A DNA stretch of 64,000 nucleotides from Spirochaetia bacterium. Its GTDB lineage: Bacteria > Spirochaetota > Spirochaetia > SZUA-6 > Bin103. Shown here piece after piece: positions 1 to 10,687 of the stretch. Positions within the stretch are counted from its first letter, which is position 1. The number at the start of each line of letters is the position of its first letter. The notes below the pieces were generated by a model. The model ran no database searches, was not told the DNA's origin, and was given only the letters and a program-made list of their open reading frames with translations. A program made the translations under genes and the position numbers. The stretch is taken from contig CBDATQ010000002.1 in NCBI GenBank assembly GCA_965199955.1, positions 1,440,001 to 1,504,000 of the forward strand, in the 5' to 3' direction.

Positions 1-1045
1 CGCGATCGCGATCGTCGTTGTTCTGGACGCCGATACCATGACCGTTGCCGTGCATCGGGTGCCAGGCGTAGGTCACCGGGAAGTAACCTTCGACTCGCGG
101 AGGGCCGGTGTACGCGAACGTGGCGTCGGGGCTGTGCTCCTTCAGGGTCTTGTGGAAGTTCTCGTGATCGAACGGCCAGCCCGGATGCTCCCAGCCCTTC
201 ATGATGGACACGCCGGCGTCGAACGGCTCGCTCTCACCGTTGACGGTGACGAACTCGGGGTCGAGATAGCCTTCTGCGTACCAGCGGGCCAGAATCTCCA
301 GCGCCTGGATCATCTCCGGCTGCCCCTGGCTGTACACCAGCTTGTCGCCCTTCTTCAGGAAGCGGTTGTTCGACAGGCCGAAGGCATTCATCACGGCGTT
401 GAAGGAGCGGTAGTATTCGGTGTCCCGGTAGCGGGTGCCGTACGAGTAGCGGTCGGGATACTTGGCCTTGTAGGCCGCGAACACCGCCTCCCACTCTTCG
501 ATCGTGTGCGGGACGTCCATGCCCAGCTCGTCCAGATAGTCCTGGCGCCACAGGTAGCCGTGGCCGTAGTTGGCGTGCTTCCAGACCATCGGGTAGTGCT
601 TCAGCACGCCGTCGCGCTTGTAGCGCTCCAGGGTGAAGTCCAGGTCCAGTCCTGCGCCGGAGGCGAAAGCGCTCAGACCTCCGTAGTACAGAGGCATGTG
701 CTCGGCAACCTCTTCGACGCTCAGGTCGGAGGTGCCCTGCTGGATGAGCTGCTCGAACCAGTAGGTCTCGAACAGGTCGGGCAGGTCGTTGGCGCCGAAC
801 ACCACGCGCAGCTTGTCCCCGTAGGAAATGCCGCCCTGGCCCGAACAGGGGATGTGGACCCAGTTCACGCCGAGGGTTGCGTTGATCTCTTCGAGCAGCG
901 GCGTGGAGGTCTCGGGCCACACATGGCAGTGCTCGGTCATGAATTCGATCGTGAGCGGCTCATCGGCGGCCATCTCGGTCTGGGACGCGGCGAACGCCCC
1001 GACGGCTACCGCCACGCTCAACAGCAGTACCAGTAGTTTCTTCAA
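1..1045 (-). CDS. Carbohydrate ABC transporter extracellular solute-binding protein (3' end outside window)
   Basis: Not in the ORF track because it runs off the edge. TTG start at 1045 with AGGAGA RBS. Reads MKKLLVLLLSVAVAVGAFAASQTE...KLRVVFGANDLPDLF...YLWRQDYLDELGMDVPHTIEEW, typical of LplA-like binding proteins. Lies downstream of two permeases. Confidence 0.88.
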   Translation of the reverse strand, partial: MKKLLVLLLSVAVAVGAFAASQTEMAADEPLTIEFMTEHCHVWPETSTPLLEEINATLGVNWVHIPCSGQGGISYGDKLRVVFGANDLPDLFETYWFEQLIQQGTSDLSVEEVAEHMPLYYGGLSAFASGAGLDLDFTLERYKRDGVLKHYPMVWKHANYGHGYLWRQDYLDELGMDVPHTIEEWEAVFAAYKAKYPDRYSYGTRYRDTEYYRSFNAVMNAFGLSNNRFLKKGDKLVYSQGQPEMIQALEILARWYAEGYLDPEFVTVNGESEPFDAGVSIMKGWEHPGWPFDHENFHKTLKEHSPDATFAYTGPPRVEGYFPVTYAWHPMHGNGHGIGVQNNDDRDR

Positions 1046-1153
1046 TTGGTTCTCCTTGTAGGAATTATGGACATCATACCAGTCGCGGTTATTCGCGGCC
1101 CATACATCTGTCCTCATCGGACGACTGATCTGTTCCGAACGTTACTAAGCAGT

Positions 1154-2071
1154 CTACCCTTTCAGCGAGCCAATGAGAATACCCTTGGCGAAGTACTTCT
1201 GCAGGAACGGGTACACCAGGATGATCGGGATCAGGGAGTAGAGCAGGATCCCCGAGCGGACGGTCTCGGCCGTGAACTGCTTGTCCTCGGTCTCTTCCAG
1301 GAGCTGCGCCAGGCGGATCTCGGACGCGATGCCGCCGCGCGAGGCCTCGTTCACGTCGGCGATGATGCGGCCCAGAAGCTGCGGCACGAAGATCTTGCCG
1401 CGGCTGATGTAGATCAGGATGTCCAACCACGCGTTCCAATGGAACACGAACATCCAGAGGGAGAGCACGGCCATGATCGGCTTCGACAGCGGCAGGATCA
1501 ACTGTAGGAAGGTGCGCAGCTCGCCCGCGCCGTCGATACGGGCGCTTTCGGTCAGCTCCTCGGGCAGGGTCATGAAGAAGTTGCGGGTGAGGAGCATGAA
1601 GAAGCCGTTCATCATCAGCGGCAGCCACAGCGCTCCCATCGTGTTGTAGAGACCGAGGCCGCGCACGATCAGGAACAGCGGGATGAAGCCGCCGCTGGTG
1701 TACATGGTGATGATGACGAAGATCGTGTAGGAGCGCCGGAACGGCAGATACCTCTTCGACAGCGGGTAGGCGGTCAGACCCATGATGAACACGGAGAGCG
1801 CCACTCCGACCGCGGTTCGATACAACGACCAGTAGTACGCCTCCACCGTCGAGCGCTGTCGGAAGATGCGCTTCCAGGTCTCCAGGGTCACCTCGCCAGG
1901 CTGCGGCAGCAGGTACATGCCACCCGTGACCACCGCCACGGGAGTGCTTACCGACAGGGAAATGTGCCGCATAAAGGGCAACAGGACCGAAAGTGCAAAC
2001 AGGGCCATGATGAGGACGATCGCAGTGTGCCCGATCCGCTCGCCGACGCGCCGGCGCGTGCCCGTTACCAC
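1154..2071 (-). CDS. Carbohydrate ABC transporter permease (LplC/MalG-like)
   Basis: EAA motif ELTESARIDGAGE and C-terminus PFLQKYFAKGILIGSLKG. GTG start overlaps the upstream stop. Confidence 0.93.
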   Translation of the reverse strand: MVTGTRRRVGERIGHTAIVLIMALFALSVLLPFMRHISLSVSTPVAVVTGGMYLLPQPGEVTLETWKRIFRQRSTVEAYYWSLYRTAVGVALSVFIMGLTAYPLSKRYLPFRRSYTIFVIITMYTSGGFIPLFLIVRGLGLYNTMGALWLPLMMNGFFMLLTRNFFMTLPEELTESARIDGAGELRTFLQLILPLSKPIMAVLSLWMFVFHWNAWLDILIYISRGKIFVPQLLGRIIADVNEASRGGIASEIRLAQLLEETEDKQFTAETVRSGILLYSLIPIILVYPFLQKYFAKGILIGSLKG

Positions 2072-3045
2072 AGGGCGTGCTCGGAGTAGCGGCGGACGAT
2101 GAGGTTGGTGCCCCACACCAGCGCGAAGCTGACGCCCGTTCTCAGTATGGTCAGCGCGGTGCCGTACTCGTACTGGAACCCTTCGAACGCAAGACGGTAC
2201 AGGTAGGTGTCGATCACGTCCGCCACCTCGTACACGAGGGGGTTGTACAGCCAGAAGACCTGCTCGAAGTTGGCGCTGATCAGGGTGCCCATGCGGAAGA
2301 TGAACAGGATCGTGATCACCGGGAGCATGCTGGGCAGGGTGATGTGCCACGCCATGCTGATCCTGCCGGCGCCGTCGATATAGCCTGCCTCGTACATCTC
2401 CTGGTCGATACTGGCGATGCTCGCCAGGTAGACGATCGTTCCGTAGCCCACCTCCTTCCAGAGGCCGCTGAGGATGTAGACGACCAGCCATGCTTGCGGG
2501 TCGACCATCAGGTAGGGCGCCTGTGCTCCGAAGAACCGGAACAGTGCCCCCACTACGCCCGTTCCCGGCGACATGAACTCGATCACCAGGGCGCCCAGGA
2601 AGACCCATGACAGGAAGTGGGGGAAGTACAGAACCGTCTGTATCGTACGCTTGTAGGCCGATGAACGCAGCTCGTTCAGGAGAATGGCCAGAATGATCGG
2701 GGCGGGAAATCCGAAGAGTGTGGTCAGAAGGGCGATGCGGATCGTGTTCCGTACGGCTCGCAGGAATGCAGCGGGATCGAGAAAGAGCTTGTCGAAATGC
2801 TTGAGGAGCGGGTCCGCCCACGGGCTGCCGAGGATACCGTCTCTGACGTCGAAGTCCTTGAAGGCCAGCGTCATCCCGTAAATGGGCAGATAGTGGAAAA
2901 TTATGAAGTAGACGGTGCCGGGAATGAGCAGGATCAGCAGGGAACGGTACTTGTAGACGTCCCGTATCCATTGCCCGCGGTTACGTCGAGCAAGACGTGT
3001 GGAGTGCGCCGTTACGGTCTGCTGGTACGTCGGGACGGAGGCCAT
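2065..3045 (-). CDS. Carbohydrate ABC transporter permease (LplB/MalF-like)
   Basis: IFHYLPIYG, YFPHFLSWV and EMYEAGYIDGAG motifs. Start chosen at ATG 3045. Confidence 0.93.
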   Translation of the reverse strand: MASVPTYQQTVTAHSTRLARRNRGQWIRDVYKYRSLLILLIPGTVYFIIFHYLPIYGMTLAFKDFDVRDGILGSPWADPLLKHFDKLFLDPAAFLRAVRNTIRIALLTTLFGFPAPIILAILLNELRSSAYKRTIQTVLYFPHFLSWVFLGALVIEFMSPGTGVVGALFRFFGAQAPYLMVDPQAWLVVYILSGLWKEVGYGTIVYLASIASIDQEMYEAGYIDGAGRISMAWHITLPSMLPVITILFIFRMGTLISANFEQVFWLYNPLVYEVADVIDTYLYRLAFEGFQYEYGTALTILRTGVSFALVWGTNLIVRRYSEHALW

Positions 3046-3158
3046 CGTCGATCGGGCTGCAGGGTACCGAACGCGGCCAGACGCTGCAAGGTCGAGCCGT
3101 GACACCTGACCTTGCGGGCGACGCGACACTCCTACAGTATGTTCCTACGGATCACGGC

Positions 3159-3524
3159 ATGAAGGCAGTCAATGTCCGCCAGTTGAAGAACAATCCGTCG
3201 GAGGCGTTGCGAGAGGCGCGCAAGCACCCGGTCATCGTGCTCAATCGCCATGAGCCGGAGGCGCTGCTGGTCCATCTGGACGACGACTCGCTGCTGGCGG
3301 AACCAGGGATCCGGCGGTCTCTGGCGACCGCGCCCTACCGGGACCGGAGCCTGTCTCTTGGCCGGGCGGCACGGTTCGCGGGCGTCCCGCTGGCGGAGTT
3401 CATCCGGTACGTGTCGAGATGCGGCATCCCGGTCGTGCGCGGCACGGCCGCCGAGGTCGGCAGGGACGAGCAGGCGATCGGGGCATGGACGAAAGGCTCG
3501 TCGCGGCCGACGCGAGCCCGCTGA
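3159..3524 (+). CDS. Antitoxin, Phd/YefM-like N-terminus plus UPF0175 domain
   Basis: MKAVNVRQLKNNPSEALR (Phd-like) followed by SLSLGRAARFAGVPLAEFIRYVSRCGIPVV (UPF0175). Overlaps a PIN/DUF3368 gene. Confidence 0.8.
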   Translation: MKAVNVRQLKNNPSEALREARKHPVIVLNRHEPEALLVHLDDDSLLAEPGIRRSLATAPYRDRSLSLGRAARFAGVPLAEFIRYVSRCGIPVVRGTAAEVGRDEQAIGAWTKGSSRPTRAR

Positions 3525-3993
3525 TCGGGCTGGCGGCCGCCGGAGCGTTCGATCTGTTGCGCCAGCCCTTCGGGACAGTCACGGTGACGGCGGTGGTACG
3601 GGACGAGGTGGTGGCCGGCGGCGACCTGCCGGGCGCCGCGGAGCTCGCCGGGGCCGTGCGGGCCGGATGGATCGAGGATCGTCGATACCGAGGCGGACAC
3701 GGCGCTGTTCGGCAATCTGGATGCTGGAGAGGCCAGCACGCTCACGTTGGCCACGGAACACACGGGGCCGTGTCTGGTAGTGATGGACGAGGCGTTGGGT
3801 CGCTGGCATGCCAACGCGCGGGGACTTGAGGTCACCGGTCTTGCCGGCGTGCTGATCGCCGCGCCGCTCGGGCATCGTGGAAGGCGTTCGTCCGTACGTC
3901 GAACGGCTGGAGGAGAACAACTTCAGGATGTCGGACGCGGTCGTTCATGCCGTCCTGGGGGGCGAGGAGACCTCACGCTCCGAATGCGCGTGA
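3485..3993 (+). pseudogene. DUF3368/PIN-domain toxin, two frameshifts
   Basis: VAADASPLIGL..., then a shift near 3676 to NLDAGEASTLTLA...VMDEALGR...VTGLAGVLIAA, then a shift near 3870 to IVEGVRPYVERLEENNFRMSDAVV. Confidence 0.8.
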
Positions 3994-4031
3994 ACAGGAA
4001 CTCACACAGCATGCAGCACAGAGGAGAATCG

Positions 4032-6523
4032 ATGGAACACCTGACCCTGCACGTAGCCACGGCTGGCGATGACGCCGCGCCGGGGACCGAGGAGGCGCCG
4101 TTCGCGACGGTCGAGCGAGCCCGCGAAGAGGTGGCCGAACGGCTGCGCGCGGGCCCTCCGCGGCCGATCACGGTGCAGATCCACGCCGGCACCTACCACC
4201 TGAACGGAACCCTGGAGCTGGACGGCGCCGTCTCCGGCACCGCCGACACCCCCGTCGTCTTCGCGGCGGCGCCCGGCGAGGAGGTCGTGCTCTCCGGCGG
4301 GGTGCCGGTGACCAGCTGGCAGCGAGAGGATGGCTCCGGCGACCTCTGGTCCGCGGCGGCGCCCACCGAGCGCGTGTTCCGCACGCTGCGGGTCGGTGAC
4401 CGCCTGGCCGAGCGCGCGCGCTACCCGTCGGCCGACGCCGCGGACCGCATCCAGGGCGGCTGGCTGTTCGCGGACTGGTGGCGCCACCCATGGGAGCGCG
4501 GCCGGTTCGAGCAGCCGGTCAGCCGCGTGCGCCGCGCCGGCGACTACCTGCAGTGGCGGGTGACGGTCCCGTCGGCCGGGACCTACCGGGTGTGGATCAG
4601 TTACGTCAAGGACGAGAGCACCACCCATCCGGAGATCTCGTCCGTGTTCGGCGTCCGTGGCGGTGAACGGGTGACGCTGGCGGACTTGGGCGCCACCCAC
4701 GGCTGGCGCTCCGGCCAGCACGAGGCTTTCCCGTTCGTGGCGTCGGGCGAGATCCAACTGCAGGAAGGCGAGCACGACCTGTACTGGGAGAACCTCGCAG
4801 GCGGACAGATTGACTTCGACTGCGTCGTGCTGTGCAGCGACCCCGACTGGGACCCCGCCGAGAACATCCGCCTGACGATCTGGCACCCGCGTGCCTACGA
4901 GGCGCGTCCGCCTGCGCCCGGCACCGACTACCTGGTGATCCAGGCGGAGGCGTTCTCGAGCGCCAGCCCCGGCGTGGGCATCGCCGACGTCGAGCCGAGC
5001 GGGGCGCCCCGCGCCGAGCCGGGCGGACGCCCGGGCCTGGTGACGATGGCTCCCGGCGACGTGCCGGAATGGGATGACTGGTCGGGGGCGGAGATCAACA
5101 TCTTCTCCGCGTGGGGCTGGAACAACCTGATCCAGCCCGTGCACGGGTTCGACGCGGAGTCACGGACCATCCGCTTCGACTCCTACAACGACGTGCGCCC
5201 GGGCAACCGCTACTTCATCTCCGGCGTGCGCGGCTGCCTGACCGATCCCGGCGAGTGGCACCTGGACGCGGCGTCCGGCACGATCCGCTATCTGGCGCCG
5301 CCGGACACGGAAGCGGTCGACGGTGCCGTGGCGGCGCTGCTCAAGACGGCGGTGCGCATCACCGGCAGCCACATCGAGCTGCGGGACCTGGTGATCGCCG
5401 ACACCGACTACCGCGTCGGCTCTCCGGCGGCGGCGCAGGACGGCGCGATCGAGCTGGACCGCGCCGAGTACTGCGCGGTGGTCAACTGCCGCTTCGAGTG
5501 CGTGAACGGCTGGGGCGTGCGGATGGTCAACCGCAGCCACCACAACCGGGTCGAACGCTGCACCATGCACGGCCTGGGGCAGGGCGGCGTCGAGCTCTCC
5601 GGCGACGACCACACACAGCCGTTCGAGAACGAGATCGTGGCCAACGACATCGCCGACTGCGGCCGCGTGTACGCCCACGTCGCCGGCGTCTACGGCAACG
5701 CGTCGAGCCGCAACCGCATCGCCCACAACCGCATCCGCCGCATGCCGCGCTACGGCATCTCGCTGAAGTCGGGCGGCGGCCACTCCGCGCACCAGAATGT
5801 CCTCGAATACAACGAGATCGTCGACCTGAACCTGGAGACCAGCGACACCGGGGCGATCGAGATCTACGGCGGCGACCGCAAGCCGACCGGCAACATCGTC
5901 CGCTACAACCGCATCGTCAACTCGGTGGGGCTCAAGGTCGACGACCGCGGCCACTTCGTGACGCCGGTCTATTCGTGGGGGATCTACCTCGACGACTGGT
6001 GTTCGGGCGTCACCATCCACGGCAACATCATCGTCGGCAACGTGGTCGGCGGCGTGAACATGCACGGCGGCTGGGGCAACCTGGTGGAGAACAACGTCCT
6101 GGTGGACGGCCAGCGGCGGCAGTTCTCGCTGGCGCCGATCTTCAGCGACCTGCAGAGCACGACGCTGCGCGACAACATCTTCCGCCGCAACGTCGTCGCC
6201 TGGTCGGAGCGCACCGCGGCGGCGGTCTGGTGCCGGCCGCGCCGCTGGTATCCGGAGATCCTGCGCGAGTGCGACCACAACCTGTACCACTACCGGGGCG
6301 GCTCGCTCGACCTGGAGTCGCCGGAGATCGACATCACGCCGCTCGGCAGCCTGCAGCGCTGGCGTGACGCCGGCTTCGACCGCAACAGCGTGATCGCGGA
6401 TCCTCTGTTCACGGATCCGTCCGCGGGCGACTTCACGCTGCGGCCCGGATCGCCGGCGTTCGAGCTGGGCTTTCAGCCGATCCCCGTGGACCGGATCGGA
6501 CCCGGCGGCTACCAGGTGGAACG

Positions 6524-6527
<4 letters not shown>
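4032..6527 (+). CDS. Right-handed parallel beta-helix protein (putative glycoside hydrolase/lyase) with an inserted CBM-like domain
   Basis: GAGGAG RBS. N-terminus HVATAGDD..GT.EAPFATVERAR, GEEVVLSGG, PbH1-like repeats, WGIYLDDWCSG, and C-terminus ADPLFTDP..GDFTLRPGSPA. Confidence 0.85.
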
Positions 6528-8158
<1,631 letters not shown>

Positions 8159-8176
8159 CCGGCGGGTCTTGGCGCG

Positions 8177-8552
8177 ATGGCCGTTCCGCGCTGGCTGTTC
8201 ATCGTCGCGGCGCTGCTGTGGCTGCCGATCGGGGTCGCCGCCACGGCGCCGCTGCGTGGATCTCGGGTTCGGGGCGGATTCCGAGCCATGGCCGGCGATG
8301 CTGATGATGATGGTCTCGTCTCTGGTCGTGGTGGCGCCGGCTGGCCTGCCGCTGGCGCTGGCGTCCCGTCGGCTCTGGCGACTGGGACATCCCGGCGCGG
8401 CCTGGTGGGCGGCATTCGCGGTGCTGGGGCCCGCGACCGTGGCCGCATCCCTGCTCGCCGGGCTGCTTGGTCCGCTGGCGATCGCCATCTACGCGGCTCT
8501 GTTCAGCGGGCCGGTGTGGATTGCAGTCGCCATTCTGAGCCGCGGCGGGTAG
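8177..8552 (+). pseudogene. Small multi-TM membrane protein with a +1 frameshift near 8260
   Basis: The hydrophobic N-terminus MAVPRWLFIVAALLWLPIG and the three-TM C-terminal part lie in different frames. Total length is 3n+1. Confidence 0.55.
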
Positions 8553-8574
8553 GGATAGGAGGCGGGTGGTGAGG

Positions 8575-9492
8575 TCAGTTCGAGATACGAATGTCGTAGT
8601 CGAGGTTCTCGGGCAGGCGATCCGTGAGCGCCGGAGAGTCAGGAGACCACTCAATTCTGCGGTTTCGCGTTGCCAGGTCAGGCGCACTGACGACGTTACG
8701 TTCGTCGTAGTGCCGGTAGAGGACGTCGAAGAAGTGTTCCAGGCGGAGAGGGCTTGTCAGCGGAGGGAATGTGTCGAGGAGTTCTCCGGCGTGGTCGCTG
8801 CGCACGTCGACCATCGCGAGCGAGATCGCTTCGTATCGGCTCGGATCGGAGCGAATACCGTCGCGACCCGTGAGAGATCCCAGTGCGGCATGGAAGCGCG
8901 AGATCGTTTCCACCGGCTTGCCGGCTTTGTCGAGCGCGATGTCGTTGGGGCCGAGTTGGCGGGAGCGTCGTTCGGCCGGAGGTGGTGACTCGGACACATC
9001 CGAGATCCGATTGGCACGGATCACGAAGAAGTAGCCGAAGACAAGGGCCGGGTACCGGATATGCAGATTCGTGCACTCGCCGATGGTCTCCTCCATACGG
9101 TTGGTGAGATTCCGAAAGGCGCCGGTCATCCCCTTGCACGACACCGCGAGGACAGGGCCGACTCCGGGCTTGTCCACAACGATGTCGACGTTCTTGGTCT
9201 TCAGGCCGCCCAGGATCGTGGCCTCGGCCCCGGTCGCCGTCTCCGGCGTGTGGTGGAGAACATGGCGACCGCGCGGATTCTTGACAGTGAACGGAGGCCG
9301 GGGTGTGAGCTCGTCAGGATGAAACCCGCCTTCGAGGACGAGCCGGCAGGTGACGTACCAGTGGAGTGGCTTGATGTGCTGTTGGCTCCGCGTCGGACCG
9401 TCATAGGTCGCGAAGTGGCGGAGTGCATCCCGCCGGGTGATCCACTCGCACGTTCGTCTTCGAGGCGTGGGACCATCACTTCCCGGAGGCAT
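8575..9492 (-). CDS. Putative type II restriction endonuclease, PD-(D/E)XK fold, PaeR7I/XhoI-like
   Basis: KNVDIVV...LAVSCKGMTGAFRNLTNRMEETIGE resembles the XhoI/PaeR7I K..D...EfKS..GsFgNNfnNR.EEaIG motif. Immediately downstream of an m6A MTase. Lower GC. Confidence 0.65.
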   Translation of the reverse strand: MPPGSDGPTPRRRTCEWITRRDALRHFATYDGPTRSQQHIKPLHWYVTCRLVLEGGFHPDELTPRPPFTVKNPRGRHVLHHTPETATGAEATILGGLKTKNVDIVVDKPGVGPVLAVSCKGMTGAFRNLTNRMEETIGECTNLHIRYPALVFGYFFVIRANRISDVSESPPPAERRSRQLGPNDIALDKAGKPVETISRFHAALGSLTGRDGIRSDPSRYEAISLAMVDVRSDHAGELLDTFPPLTSPLRLEHFFDVLYRHYDERNVVSAPDLATRNRRIEWSPDSPALTDRLPENLDYDIRISN

Positions 9493-10499
9493 AGTGCCTC
9501 CAGGTGCGCAAGGTGGCCAAAGATTCGTCGATTTCCCGACCCGACAACCGGGCAGCAGTGAAGCATCAGGGAGCAGGACCCGAGCCGCTTCTCTTGGCTC
9601 CAGTTTGAGCATTCCGCCGCCGAGCGGGTGGCCCTCTATTTCACAGCTCATTCGGACGAATGAGGTCTCCCAGGTCCGCGTCAGCCATCGCAACAGCTTC
9701 TTTTCGTGTACGTGAACGGCATGCACGGTGTTGGTGCATGACGCCGCCGATGAGTTGCGCACGAGGAGCGGCGCCCGACCTGACATATACGTGAGAAAGA
9801 AGTCGGGAATCCTTACGTCGGGCACGGAGTACCACGGATGTCTGGTGCGGCACTTGTATGCGGTCCGAGCTCGCCGTCCCGCTTCGGTATCGAGGTAGCG
9901 CTGGACGCTCTGTGGCACGGTGTCACTTTTTCTGATCCGAAGCAGCAGCATGGGCTCGTCGAGACGGCGCCAACGGTCTATGGACGTTCTGGTCAGACGC
10001 CGCGGGGGCAACATGCGGCTCTTGCGGACGCTGGGATGGAGAAAATCGGCAGGGATCTGCCAACGCTCTGCTTCCGAAGGGCGTAAGTGGAAGAAGCCAT
10101 TTGCCCCGCTGACGTATCCGATCCCGACCGAAGCCATCATCCCGAACCTTCTCGAGCCAGGATGTCCGAGGGCGTGCTGGTACAGGGACCGCACGTCGCT
10201 GGACAGCAGGAAGGGTCTCAAGCGGCAGTTCCAGCCATGTCGCCACTCATTCAAGGCTATTCGTGTGCCGTTGCCGGGAGGTCGAGGCGAAGGAATGAAC
10301 TGGTCAACGAAGGTGAATCGCACCTCGGACGTTGCGCCGCCGAACCCGTCAGCGTAAAGGAGCCAGCAGTCTTCGGAGAGCTTCGGGAACAGTTTGTCGC
10401 GGATGGCGATGATCTTCACTACGTCAAAATGGGAAGCGAGGAACTCCAGGAGTGGAGCCGCATAGGGGGCATGACCGATCTCCGCGGGCACGACAAACG
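9476..10499 (-). pseudogene. N6-adenine DNA methyltransferase (gamma class, Eco57I/XhoI-like), 5'-truncated by IS1634 and frameshifted near 9550
   Basis: AFVVPAEIGHAPYA, VGIGYVSGANGFFHL, YKCRTRHPWYSVP and EGHPLGGGMLKLEPREA are present. The SAM-binding and NPP motifs are absent. The likely natural end LATLRTWRHYASGK* lies in a different frame. Confidence 0.8.
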
Positions 10500-10639
10500 C
10501 TAACCCGAAGTTCCAGAGCGTGAATCTCTCGTAACTTCATTGACAGAAATTAGTTGCAAGGTGATCTGCGTGCTGATTGGCGTCGTTTCGTGTCCATGTA
10601 GATGGTGGTGAATAGCGGCGAGATACATGCTATTTGATC

Positions 10640-10667
10640 TTGACATATCGTGACTTGTGTGCATGCT
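10640..10667 (+). promoter_or_regulatory. Putative sigma70 promoter for the transposase (TTGACA-N16-CATGCT)
   Basis: Perfect -35 box and a -10-like hexamer 20 nt upstream of ATG 10688. Confidence 0.45.
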
Positions 10668-10687
10668 GTTGCCACAGATCAGTAGTC

